Both the position numbers and the translations under genes were made by a program. The notes under the pieces are model-generated. The model had not been told where the DNA came from. It did no database searches and saw nothing but the letters and a program-made list of their open reading frames with translations. From NCBI GenBank assembly GCA_030040775.1, contig JASHTB010000122.1, forward strand, positions 1-46,072: a stretch of 46,072 nucleotides of DNA, written 5' to 3'. Below, piece after piece: positions 1-8,496 of the stretch; within the stretch, counting starts at the first letter, position 1; the number at the start of each line of letters is the position of its first letter. The DNA comes from Thermoplasmata archaeon. Lineage in GTDB: Archaea; Thermoplasmatota; Thermoplasmata; Lutacidiplasmatales; UBA184.

Positions 1-27
1 GCGGTCTCTCCCTCGCAACCAACCCCG

Positions 28-91
28 GAAAGGTCCTTCCAGATCGCCGCAAGGGGACAGCACCGTGTCCCGGGCGTGCGAAGGACCTTTC
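28..91. repeat. Nested inverted repeat (potential long hairpin)
   Basis: The 12-nt arms 28-39 GAAAGGTCCTTC and 80-91 GAAGGACCTTTC are exact reverse complements. They enclose an inner 6-bp stem (54-59 GGGACA / 66-71 TGTCCC). The repeat lies in a stretch with no convincing ORF. Confidence 0.7.
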
Positions 92-550
92 TCACCCTTT
101 TCGAGCGAGCGGTTTTCATCGTTCGCCGGGCGGTGAACGGCCGACTCCCGGCCGAGCGTTCTGTGCTCGAACCCGTGAACGGCCCCGTGTCGCCCCCACC
201 GTCCGTTCCGACGCCGAATCGCTCGATTCGCCCTCGGACCTCGACGGTTTTCGACACGAAGCCGCCGTCTGCCCCGGCCGGCCCGAGGTCCGCCTCTCCG
301 GAACGCTGCGTTCTCGGGGAGCCCGACCCCCCTCGGTCGACCCTTACCGCCTAGCGCGTGGCGTCGCCCCGAGCTCGGGAACCTCGGTGGCCGCCGTCCC
401 GTGAGCGTACGCTCGGCCGGACCGACCGAGGGTAGGCTCCCGGCGAGGGTGTTCGCCCGCGCCTGACGTCTTCCCGGCCCCTGGGCCGGATCCCCGCTCG
501 TCCGAGTCCTGCGGCGGTCCGGCCGCGGGAGCGGGCCCTCGGACGACGGT

Positions 551-575
551 GGCGGGATCCCTAGGGCATCCCGCC
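551..575. repeat. Near-perfect 25-nt palindrome
   Basis: GGCGGGAT (551-558) and ATCCCGCC (568-575) are reverse complements. The centre, CCCTAGGG (559-566), is itself a perfect palindrome. It sits about 65 nt upstream of the GTG at 640. Confidence 0.65.
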
Positions 576-639
576 GGCGCGCCGTCGAACTCTCCCTCGT
601 CGCGGCCCGCCGACGGGGAGGAGGAACTGTGCAACCAAC

Positions 640-960
640 GTGGAGACCGAAACGGACCAATCGAACCGAGTCGAACCCGTTCTCGACGAACCTGTTCCGG
701 ACCGCGACCGCTGGCCGGGTCGCCCCCTCGGCGCGCTTCGGCTGCCGATCGCCGGACCGTACCGTCCCTGGGCCCGGCTCTACCGATTACCGGACGGCCG
801 GCTCCTGTGGCGGGTCCGCCTCTGGGAGGTCGACCGCGCGGTCGCCCGCACCGTAGAGACCGAGGTCCTCCGCACGTTTGCGCGAGAGAATCGGCTCCCG
901 GCCCTTCTCGCCGCGATCGACGCACTGGTCGGCCGGGCTCGCGCCAGAGGCGAACCGTGA
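640..960 (+). CDS. Hypothetical small protein (106 aa) coupled to the downstream ATPase
   Basis: GTG start. The composition is balanced (W/Y/F/E/D present), unlike the R/S/P-rich alternative frames. Its TGA stop overlaps the GTG start of the next gene (GTGA at 957-960). GGAGGAGG at 617-624 lies upstream. I recognise no family. Confidence 0.5.
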   Translation: METETDQSNRVEPVLDEPVPDRDRWPGRPLGALRLPIAGPYRPWARLYRLPDGRLLWRVRLWEVDRAVARTVETEVLRTFARENRLPALLAAIDALVGRARARGEP

Positions 961-3527
961 GCGCCGCAGAGACGCTCACCGTGCGGTGCCACGGACCGAC
1001 CGCCCTGCGCCTGCGCTGGTACCGCTCGCTCGCCCAAGCTCTCGCCGCGACCGCTCCCCCCGCCGGCGTCCTCTTCGAGGCGACCGCCGAGAACCCGACC
1101 CCGGTCGCGACGGTGCGACCGCGCTCTCTCATCGAAACCGTGGCCGCTTCCCCCGGCGTTCGGGGTCTCGACCTCGAACGGTTTCCCGACGCCCCGCCGC
1201 TCGAGCCGCCACCGGGATGGAGCGGAGAGATCCGTCTTCTCGTACTGCCGTACCCGTTCGGGCCACCTCGCCCTCCGCCGTCCGTCCCGACGGACGCACC
1301 CGACCTCGCGCCGCTCGTCGGCCCTCGAGGGTGGGTCGGGTTCCAAACCGCCTGGGTTCGAGGAGCCCGCGGCGACGTCCGGGTCGCCCGCCGGTTCCGT
1401 CTTGCGACGCCGGACGAAACCGACCTCGACTGCCGGGTCGATGCCGTGTCGGTCGCCGTCGCCTTGGAGTGGGCGGGGGCGGTCGGAGGGGCGATGACGA
1501 CCCGACGCGCTCCTCGAGGGTCGCTGCGCGACTGGCGCCGCGGCGGGCTCGCCCGAGTTCCGCCGGACGCTTGGGTCGTTCCGAGCGGACGACCGCTCGA
1601 GCGGACCGCGGAGTACCTCTGGAGCGAGCGCGCGGAGTCGGCCGGGGCGGTCGCGGGCCACCGGATCGTCTTCGGAGCGTCCGGAGCGGGGAAGACGACG
1701 TTCCTGGCCCGGCACGCGGCCGACCAGGCGAATCGGGGTAGCGCGGTCGTCGTGCTCGACCTCCACGGTGACCTCGCGCCCCTCGCCTTCCGTTTCCTAG
1801 GGGCCACAGCCCGAGCAAGGGCGGTCGCGGTCGATGCCTCGTCCCCTCCCGTACCCGGAGTCGCTGCGCTCGCTCCGGGCCCGGTACCCGAGGACCGGTC
1901 CGCCGCCCACCTGGTCGCCGCGTTGAAACGCTTGAGCCCGGACGGGACCGACCTTCACTGGGGGTTCCGCCTCGAGCGAATCTTCGACTCGTTCGTCCGA
2001 ATCGTGCAGGAGTCGGACGGCTCGCTGGTCGACCTCTACGGGCTCCTCACAGACTCGTCGCTCCGCGAGGCCGCCCGCCTACGTACCCGGCGAAGCGACC
2101 TCGCCCGATTCCTTGAGGAGCTCGAACCGGTGCTCAAGCGCCAGCCCGACTTCCTCTGGTCGGCCGCGACGCGTCTTTCCAAGGTCGTCCTCGTTCCGGC
2201 GTTGCGCGAGCTCCTCGCCCCGTCCGACGGAGGGGTTCCGGTCGAGGAGATCCTCCTGGAAGGGCGCTCGCTGTTCGTGCGGATCCCGTTCGCGGTCTTG
2301 GGTCCGGAGGCGGCGTCGTTCGCGGGGACCCTCATCCTCGCCCGGCTCTACCTCGGACTGGCGGCCCGAAAGGAAGCGGGAAGCCCTCACCCGCCGATCC
2401 TGTTCGTCCTGGATGAGGTCCAGGGCCTCGCGCCTCGGCTCGTCGCCGAGCTCCTGACGGAGAGCCGCAAGTTCGGATTGCGCTCGCTCGTCGCGACGCA
2501 GTACCCCGACCGCCTCTCGAACGAGCTAAGGGGCGCGGCCGCGGGCTCGCTGACGGACGTCGTAGCGTTCCGTGTTCCGAGGCGCTCAGCCGGGTCGACC
2601 GGGGAGTGGGTCGGACTCACCCCGGAAGAGGCCGAGCGCTCCCTCCCGGGCCTTCCCGCCGGTCACGGCGTGCGATTCGACCCCGAGGCGGGGGTCGTCC
2701 GGGCGGTCCCTGCGGTCCCTCCGGGCCCGGACAACGGACTCGTCGATTGGGCGAACGCCTTGGTCACGACCCGAGAGGAGTTCGGACCCACCCCCGATCC
2801 TTCGGAACGGCTCCACGACGACCGTGACGTCGTCGACCGGATCCTCCTCGCGGTCCTCGCGGCCGAAGAGGAGGGCCGCCCGATCGCGGGAGACGGGGTC
2901 ATCGCGGCCGCGCTCGCCCTCCCCGGGGTGCCTTGGCCCGCCGATCGGCTCGCCGAAGGCTGGAATCGGGCGGTCCGTCACGGCTTCGTCCGCCCCTCCT
3001 CCCTCGGTTCCTCGCTCACCCCGGCCGGGGAACGGGTCCTGGGCCTCACGGCTCCGACCGCCGCGTCGAACGAGAGCGCCGAGCACCGGGGGCTCCTCCT
3101 CGCGGCGTTCCGAGTCTTCGCGCGTCGCGGCTACCGGATCGAGATCCTGCGCCAGGGCCGGTTCGACACCACTCTGCCCGATGCCGTCTTTCGCCAGATC
3201 CCCGAGCGCTCGGCCGCGACGCCGGCCGAACTCGGCGAAGCGGTCGACCGGGCACGTCGGGGCTGGGCCTGGCGTTTCTTCTCGGGGCGGGACGTCTTCA
3301 TCGAGGCGGAGGTCTCGGGGGCCCTGCGGCGAGAGCGGATCCGGCACGGATGGCGCAAGGCCCTCGCTCGAGGGGCGTTCGTTCTCTTCGTCGTCGGCGA
3401 CGCCGTTCGAGCCCGTCGCGTTCGGGCCGCGCTCGATGCGATGGGCGTGCCGCGCGGTCGGGCCCAGGTGTGGACGCTTCCGGTCGTTCGTCGTACTTCG
3501 AGCCCAGGGGGAGTTGCGAACGAGTAA
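957..3527 (+). CDS. Soluble FtsK/HerA-superfamily, TraG/TraD/VirD4-like P-loop ATPase with a C-terminal wHTH-like segment and restriction-endonuclease-like domain (856 aa)
   Basis: Walker A is HRIVFGASGAGKTT (nt 1674-1697), followed by VVVLDLHGDL and a long helical insert. Walker B is ILFVLDEVQ (nt 2397-2423), followed by RKFGLRSLVATQYPDRL. There is no N-terminal TM segment. The frame upstream of 957 is R/P-rich junk, so I chose GTG 957. Confidence 0.8.
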   Translation: MSAAETLTVRCHGPTALRLRWYRSLAQALAATAPPAGVLFEATAENPTPVATVRPRSLIETVAASPGVRGLDLERFPDAPPLEPPPGWSGEIRLLVLPYPFGPPRPPPSVPTDAPDLAPLVGPRGWVGFQTAWVRGARGDVRVARRFRLATPDETDLDCRVDAVSVAVALEWAGAVGGAMTTRRAPRGSLRDWRRGGLARVPPDAWVVPSGRPLERTAEYLWSERAESAGAVAGHRIVFGASGAGKTTFLARHAADQANRGSAVVVLDLHGDLAPLAFRFLGATARARAVAVDASSPPVPGVAALAPGPVPEDRSAAHLVAALKRLSPDGTDLHWGFRLERIFDSFVRIVQESDGSLVDLYGLLTDSSLREAARLRTRRSDLARFLEELEPVLKRQPDFLWSAATRLSKVVLVPALRELLAPSDGGVPVEEILLEGRSLFVRIPFAVLGPEAASFAGTLILARLYLGLAARKEAGSPHPPILFVLDEVQGLAPRLVAELLTESRKFGLRSLVATQYPDRLSNELRGAAAGSLTDVVAFRVPRRSAGSTGEWVGLTPEEAERSLPGLPAGHGVRFDPEAGVVRAVPAVPPGPDNGLVDWANALVTTREEFGPTPDPSERLHDDRDVVDRILLAVLAAEEEGRPIAGDGVIAAALALPGVPWPADRLAEGWNRAVRHGFVRPSSLGSSLTPAGERVLGLTAPTAASNESAEHRGLLLAAFRVFARRGYRIEILRQGRFDTTLPDAVFRQIPERSAATPAELGEAVDRARRGWAWRFFSGRDVFIEAEVSGALRRERIRHGWRKALARGAFVLFVVGDAVRARRVRAALDAMGVPRGRAQVWTLPVVRRTSSPGGVANE

Positions 3528-3552
3528 GAGCGGGGGCTCCTTGGTCGGGGAC

Positions 3553-4086
3553 GTGCGGCTCTTCGTCGCGATCGAGGTCGGCTCCCTTCCCGGGGGAAAT
3601 TCGGAAGCGCCCGAACACCTCACGCTCTCCTTCCTCGGCGACGTGCCGGACGAGCGGGTCGACCGGGTCTCTTCCGCCCTCGACCGGGCCACGCGAGGAG
3701 TCCCCCCGTTCGACTTGGTGCTCGAAGGGGTCGGTGCGTTTCCGTCGCGCGAGCGTCCCCGCGTCGTCTGGGTCGGAGCGACCCGAGGGGGTCAGGAGAC
3801 CTCGGCCCTCGCCGGACGAATCGCCTCGGCGCTCGCGGCCGAAGGGTTCTCCCCCGAGCGGGAGCGGTTCGTGCCCCACCTCACGCTCTTCCGGGTCCGC
3901 TCTCCCGAACAGCGTCGCCGGGCCGCGGCGCTCCTTTCGGGGGCGGAGACGCCACCCCCTCCGCGCGCGCTCCGGGTCTCGGAGGTCGTACTGAAGGAGA
4001 GCACGCTCACCGCACGCGGTGCGATCCATCGGACCCGGGCGGCGTTCCGGCTCGGCCGACCTGAAGCGCCGGCCGGTCCGAACTAG
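3553..4086 (+). CDS. thpR: 2H phosphoesterase: RNA 2',3'-cyclic phosphodiesterase / 2'-5' RNA ligase (ThpR/LigT family)
   Basis: The N-terminus VRLFVAIEV and two H-x-T-x motifs (HLTLSFLG, PHLTLFRV) fit the family. I chose GTG 3553; TTG 3541 is also possible. The gene starts about 25 nt after the ATPase stop. Confidence 0.85.
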   Translation: MRLFVAIEVGSLPGGNSEAPEHLTLSFLGDVPDERVDRVSSALDRATRGVPPFDLVLEGVGAFPSRERPRVVWVGATRGGQETSALAGRIASALAAEGFSPERERFVPHLTLFRVRSPEQRRRAAALLSGAETPPPPRALRVSEVVLKESTLTARGAIHRTRAAFRLGRPEAPAGPN

Positions 4087-4235
4087 CCTTCCGGTCACCG
4101 AGCCCGTTCTGCGAGGAGCCCGTCGACCCGCCACGTTCCACCCGCAGCACAAGGGGTTTCGAAATCCGATACGATTATGGTCGAGGAGCCCGCTCGCCCG
4201 CTGCCCTCGCCGTCCGGCGAGCACGCGGAGTCGCG

Positions 4236-7037
4236 GTGTCCGCTCCCCGCTTCCTCCGGTCCTGTCGTCCCGCGGCCCTCGGCCTGGTCGTGGCCCTCGC
4301 CGCCCTCGCCGTGCTCGGCGGGGCCTCCGCTTCGCCGCTCGGTCGGTCGGACCCCCTGCCGAACGCGGTCTCGGGCAACGGCCCGTGCCCTTCCCCCGGC
4401 GTACCGACAGAGATCTCGGGTACCGTGACCGTCGAAGGGGGACCCCTTCCCTCCACCTCGAACGACGGCGTGGCGGTCAGCGCCTCCTACTCCGTTCAGG
4501 TCGAGGTCCGGTACGTATCGAACGACTCGCTCGCGGAGGAGAACTGCACGCCGGAGCAGGAGTCGACGGTCACCAACGCGAGCGGAGGGTTCGCGCTCGC
4601 TCTCACGCTGCCACCGAACACCTGCAGCGCGGGCCCGAACGGGGAGGAGTGCACGTCGTACACCGGACCGTTCGGGCGGCTAGCGGTCGCCACGGAGAGC
4701 GTCCCGGCCGGCTACGGGCTCTCGGTCTCCGAAAGCGGCTCTTCGTTCGACCTCGTGTGGGTCGCCGACCTCGCCTTCCTCTCCATGACTCCCTCCTCTC
4801 CCCTCGCGACGATCGCGGGCGGAGGCTCCCTCGCGTACGTCGCCTCTCCCGAGATGGCGAACGGCTCCGCGAGCCCGCTCACCCCGACCTACTCCTGGTC
4901 GCTGAGCGGTCCGGGGTACCGCTTCTCGTCCTCCCCCGCCGGCGGTTCCGTTACGGTCGTCGCTCCCGCCGGCTGGTCCAACGGGACCCTCACGGTCAAC
5001 GCTACGGCGAGCGTCGACTCAGAGCCGTTCGTCGCCCCTAACGTCACGGTCGGTCTCGCGACCGTGCCCACCACGGTCACCGGAGGAGGCGTCAACCGAA
5101 CGACCGTCGACGCGGGGGGGACGGTCGCCCTGAGCGCGAACGCTACGGGGGCGGAGGGGTACGCCTACTCCCTCTCCGTCGCCTCCGGGCTTTCGCCCGA
5201 GTCGTACGCCACCGGTTGCACGACGACCCCGGTCTCTTCGTCCGAGGTCGACGTCCGTTGCGCGACCGACCTTCTCTTCCCGGATCCGGGGAACGGAACG
5301 GTCTCCGCCGCCGTATCGAACGGCCCCTCGTCGGCCGCGTGGGTCTCTTCTCTCCTCACGGTCGCCCCTCCTCCGGCGGTGAGCCTCGTGCCCTCCACAC
5401 CGGTCGGCTACGCAGGGAGACCGCTCCCGGTCGAGGTGCGGGCCGCGGCGGGGGTCGCTCCGTACGTCGACGCGTGCTTTGACCCGGGGTTCGGAGCCCC
5501 TCTCTGCCGTTCGGGCTCGGGAGCTATCTTCTCGTTCGCCCCGACCTACCCCGCTGTCGGGAACTACACGGCCCGGGCGTGGCTCGTCGATGCGACCGGG
5601 ACGAACCGCTCACTCTCCGCCGAGGTGCGGGTCGTCGCGCCGCTCGCGGTCGGCCCGCTCTCGGTGGGAGGTGCTCTCCTTTCGGCCGGCGTCTCGGTCG
5701 CACTCTCGGCGACGGTCGCGGGCGGAGCGTTCCCCGCCGAGGCGTGGTGGAACGCCTCGGACGAGGCGGGGCCGATCGCGACCGTCCCGGTAACGGGGGA
5801 CGGAGCTCTCGCGGTCGAGTTCCAGCCCCCGGCGGCCGGGCCCGCTCAACTCACGCTCACGGTCGTAGACGACCTCGGGTCGGTCGCCGAGGCGAACCTC
5901 ACCGTGCCGGTCGGCCCCGGACCGGTCGCCACCGTCGCCCCCGTGCCACCGGACTCGGGCGCCTCGGCGCTCGTCGGCCGGCCGGTGTCACTCGAGTGGA
6001 GGGCATTCGACGCGTTCGGGGAGGCGGTCCCGACGTTCAGCGCGCCGGTCGACCTCGTGGTCCAGAGCGCGTCGGGCCAGGCCGCCCTCTCTTGGGTGAA
6101 CCTCTCGACCCTGGGGGCGCTCTCCTCCTCGCCGGAAGGGTCGTTCGCGATCCCGGCCTCGGCGTGGGCGGACGGCGTCCTTCCGGTCACGTTCACCCCG
6201 GCCGAGTCGGGGTCGCTCACGGTCGCCCTCGAAGGGTCCGCCCTCCCCGGAGGGGCCGCCTCGGTATCGGTGAGCGCCGAGCCGGACCTCGACCACCTTC
6301 GCCTCTACGACCCGGTCGTCCAGAGGCCCGGCGGCGACACGAACCGGACGTTCTGGCACGTCTCCGACCGGTTCGGGGACCCGGTTCCGGGAGCGTTCGT
6401 CACGGTTCAGTTCGCACTCTCCGGCGGGGAGAGCGTGACCGTCCTACCGGTCGGGTGGTACGGTGGTGGAGGGACGGGCGTCTGGCTCAACTACTCCCTC
6501 CCTGCCGGGACCGTCGGGATCGTACGGATCCTCGACCTCGCGGGCGACGTCCTCTACGGTCCTGTTCGGCTTCCCTCCTTCCCTTCCCCCAGTGTTCCTG
6601 TCGTCCCCCTCACGGCGGCGAGCGGCTCGGGAGGGCTCGCGGCCGCGGTCGCCGGCATCTCCGTCCCCTACCTCGCTCGGCGTCGCGCGAAGCGGGCGCG
6701 TCCGAGGAGCGACGAGGAGGAGCTGCGCCGCTTCGCCGAAGGGCGCGCCGTGGCGACCGAGGTCGTCCGCTCGCTCGGTCCGGCCGACGCGCTCGCGATT
6801 CGAGCGGCGTGGGTCGGGGAGACGCCTGCGGCCGCCGAGTTCGAGGAGTGGCTCGCCTCCCTGGTCGCGGACGGGACGCTCACGGAAACGACCGGGCGGA
6901 CGGGCACGGTCGAGTACGTCCTCCCTCCGGAGGTCCCCGACGGGCCTCCCCGAGTGGTCGTGGACGCCGACGCGCTCGAGCGGGCAGTCGCCCGGCGCGA
7001 CGCGGCCGTGCGCGAGGAAGAGCCGGCGGCCCGTTAG
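4236..7037 (+). CDS. Large secreted/membrane-anchored surface glycoprotein-like protein (933 aa)
   Basis: GTG start with a signal-like segment RPAALGLVVALAALAVLGGASA. The S/T/G/A/V-rich body has more than a dozen N-x-S/T sequons. A hydrophobic segment GGLAAAVAGISVPYLA is followed by RRRAKRARPR and a charged tail of about 115 aa. Confidence 0.75.
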   Translation: MSAPRFLRSCRPAALGLVVALAALAVLGGASASPLGRSDPLPNAVSGNGPCPSPGVPTEISGTVTVEGGPLPSTSNDGVAVSASYSVQVEVRYVSNDSLAEENCTPEQESTVTNASGGFALALTLPPNTCSAGPNGEECTSYTGPFGRLAVATESVPAGYGLSVSESGSSFDLVWVADLAFLSMTPSSPLATIAGGGSLAYVASPEMANGSASPLTPTYSWSLSGPGYRFSSSPAGGSVTVVAPAGWSNGTLTVNATASVDSEPFVAPNVTVGLATVPTTVTGGGVNRTTVDAGGTVALSANATGAEGYAYSLSVASGLSPESYATGCTTTPVSSSEVDVRCATDLLFPDPGNGTVSAAVSNGPSSAAWVSSLLTVAPPPAVSLVPSTPVGYAGRPLPVEVRAAAGVAPYVDACFDPGFGAPLCRSGSGAIFSFAPTYPAVGNYTARAWLVDATGTNRSLSAEVRVVAPLAVGPLSVGGALLSAGVSVALSATVAGGAFPAEAWWNASDEAGPIATVPVTGDGALAVEFQPPAAGPAQLTLTVVDDLGSVAEANLTVPVGPGPVATVAPVPPDSGASALVGRPVSLEWRAFDAFGEAVPTFSAPVDLVVQSASGQAALSWVNLSTLGALSSSPEGSFAIPASAWADGVLPVTFTPAESGSLTVALEGSALPGGAASVSVSAEPDLDHLRLYDPVVQRPGGDTNRTFWHVSDRFGDPVPGAFVTVQFALSGGESVTVLPVGWYGGGGTGVWLNYSLPAGTVGIVRILDLAGDVLYGPVRLPSFPSPSVPVVPLTAASGSGGLAAAVAGISVPYLARRRAKRARPRSDEEELRRFAEGRAVATEVVRSLGPADALAIRAAWVGETPAAAEFEEWLASLVADGTLTETTGRTGTVEYVLPPEVPDGPPRVVVDADALERAVARRDAAVREEEPAAR

Positions 7038-8326
7038 GCCGGAGGGCGGCCGACCAGGTCGTAGTACCGGTAGGCCGCCTCACCGGCGGCAAAACAGTAC
7101 TTCAGGGTCGTGAAGCCGCTCTTGAGCTCCGCCGCTTGCCGAGCGACCTCCTCCGTCGGACGGCCGCGGTGGAGCAGGCCGTCGAACAGCTCGGCGATCC
7201 GCTCCATCTCCTTCGGCCCCATGCCGACCCGGGTCACCTCGGGGGTCCCGAGACGGACCCCACCCGGGCGCTTCGGGCTCTTGTCTCCGGGAAGGAGGTT
7301 CTTGTTCGCGATCACTCCGGCGTCCGCGAGCCGACGGGCGACCGCTTCCCCTCCCCCCTCCTTCTCGACCCGGACGGCGAGTGTGTGCGAGCGGGTGAAC
7401 CCGAGGTCCGCAGCGAGGACGTCGAAGCCGCGGTCGTGGAGCGCCTGGCCGAGCGCGCGGGCGTTCTCGATGATCCGGCGGGCGTACTCGCGCCCGAACT
7501 CGAGATGCTCGGCGAGGCTCACCGCGAGGGCGGCCATCTCGTTCAGGTGGTGGTTGCTCGTGACGCCGGGGAACGCCCCGGATTGGAGGCGTTTGACGAG
7601 CTCGGCGTCGTCGGTCTCGGCGAGAAGGATCCCGTGCTGGGGTCCCGGGAGCGTCTTGTGGGTCGACGCGCTGATCACGACGCACCCTTCGCGCAGCGGG
7701 TCCTGGAACTCCCCGCCGGCGATGAGGCCGAGCACGTGGGCCCCGTCGTACCAGCCGCGGGCCCCGACCTCCTCGAGCGTGGGCTTGAGCTCCTCGAGCG
7801 GCATCGGGAAGAGGAACAGGGAGAGGCCGAACAGGCAGAGCTTCGGGCGCACCGCCCGCAGGATCTCGCGCGTCCGCGCGACGTCGAGCGTCATCCGTTC
7901 GGCGTCCCACGCATAGTAGACCGGTTTCACCCCGCGAAGCCCGAAGGCGCCGAACGCGGCGCTCGAGATGTGCGCCCCGTCCGCGAGGCGGCTCGTCCCC
8001 ACGAGGTCCCCCGGCTCGGCGAGGGCCTTCAGCACGGCCAGGTTCGCGACCGTGCCCGAGATCGGGCGCACGTCCGCGAACGAGCAACGGAACAGTCGCC
8101 GCGCGAGGTCGAGGCAGAGGTTCTCGACCTCGTCGACCTGCTCGTTCCCCTCGTAGTACCGCTCCCCCGGAAGACCCTCCGCATAGCGGGAGTGGAAGTC
8201 GCTGATGAGCAGCTCCTTCGCGTACGGGCTCAGCAGGTTCTCGCTCGCGATGAGGGGGATCGACCGCTCGAAGCGGGCCGAGTGGCGCTCGACCAGGGCG
8301 CGGACCTCCGCGACCTTCCCGGCCAT
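7034..8326 (-). CDS. glyA: Serine hydroxymethyltransferase
   Basis: Motifs LIASENLLSPYAKELL, YYEGNEQVDEVE and SASTHKTLPGPQHG (PLP-lysine motif). ATG 8326 gives about 430 aa. The ORF extends to ATG 8431, adding a Gly/Ser-rich 35 aa, so the start is unresolved. Confidence 0.9.
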   Translation of the reverse strand: MAGKVAEVRALVERHSARFERSIPLIASENLLSPYAKELLISDFHSRYAEGLPGERYYEGNEQVDEVENLCLDLARRLFRCSFADVRPISGTVANLAVLKALAEPGDLVGTSRLADGAHISSAAFGAFGLRGVKPVYYAWDAERMTLDVARTREILRAVRPKLCLFGLSLFLFPMPLEELKPTLEEVGARGWYDGAHVLGLIAGGEFQDPLREGCVVISASTHKTLPGPQHGILLAETDDAELVKRLQSGAFPGVTSNHHLNEMAALAVSLAEHLEFGREYARRIIENARALGQALHDRGFDVLAADLGFTRSHTLAVRVEKEGGGEAVARRLADAGVIANKNLLPGDKSPKRPGGVRLGTPEVTRVGMGPKEMERIAELFDGLLHRGRPTEEVARQAAELKSGFTTLKYCFAAGEAAYRYYDLVGRPPA

Positions 8327-8465
8327 CTCCCCGGGGGACGGGGTGGCCGGGGCCCAGCCCGAGGCCCCCACCCCTCCGCTTCCACTGGAACCGCCGCGAC
8401 CCGACCCCATCGACCGCGCCCCTCCGGGCATCGCTCCCGGCCTCGCCCACGCACCCCCTCGAGGC

Positions 8466-8473
8466 CATATAGG
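8466..8473 (+). promoter_or_regulatory. TATA-like box for the thioesterase gene
   Basis: CATATAGG lies 24-31 nt upstream of ATG 8497 in otherwise GC-rich DNA. Being near-palindromic, it could also serve glyA if that gene starts at 8431. Confidence 0.45.
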
Positions 8474-8496
8474 GAGCGTGGCCGTCCGCGCTTTCC

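Noticed and set aside
27-40. GGAAAGGTCC resembles the RNase P RNA CR-I motif GAGGAAAGUCC.
   Set aside because: It has one extra G relative to the consensus. The other conserved RNase P RNA regions were not found on either strand in the adjacent 600 nt.
76-354. A 92-aa plus-strand ORF and a minus-strand ATG at 119 that opens a frame running off the left edge (MKTARSKRVRKVLRTPGTRCC...).
   Set aside because: The 92-aa product is P/S/R-rich after a short hydrophobic start, and its third-position GC is only intermediate. The minus-strand frame spans the 28-91 hairpin, has no TATA-like box or SD, and shows only 39 codons. Neither is supportable.
629-856. A 75-aa ORF starting at GTG 629, which has better spacing (4 nt) to the GGAGGAGG at 617-624 than the GTG at 640 does.
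   Set aside because: Its product is an R/S/T/P/G-rich string with no hydrophobic core. The 640 frame gives a balanced protein and ends in a GTGA overlap with the ATPase. The SD spacing remains a caveat for the 640 start.
4153-4167. GGGGTTTCGAAATCC resembles a tRNA T-arm (GGTTCGAATCC).
   Set aside because: It has extra bases relative to the T-loop consensus. No acceptor, D or anticodon arms can be drawn around it. It more likely belongs to the promoter region of the surface-protein gene.
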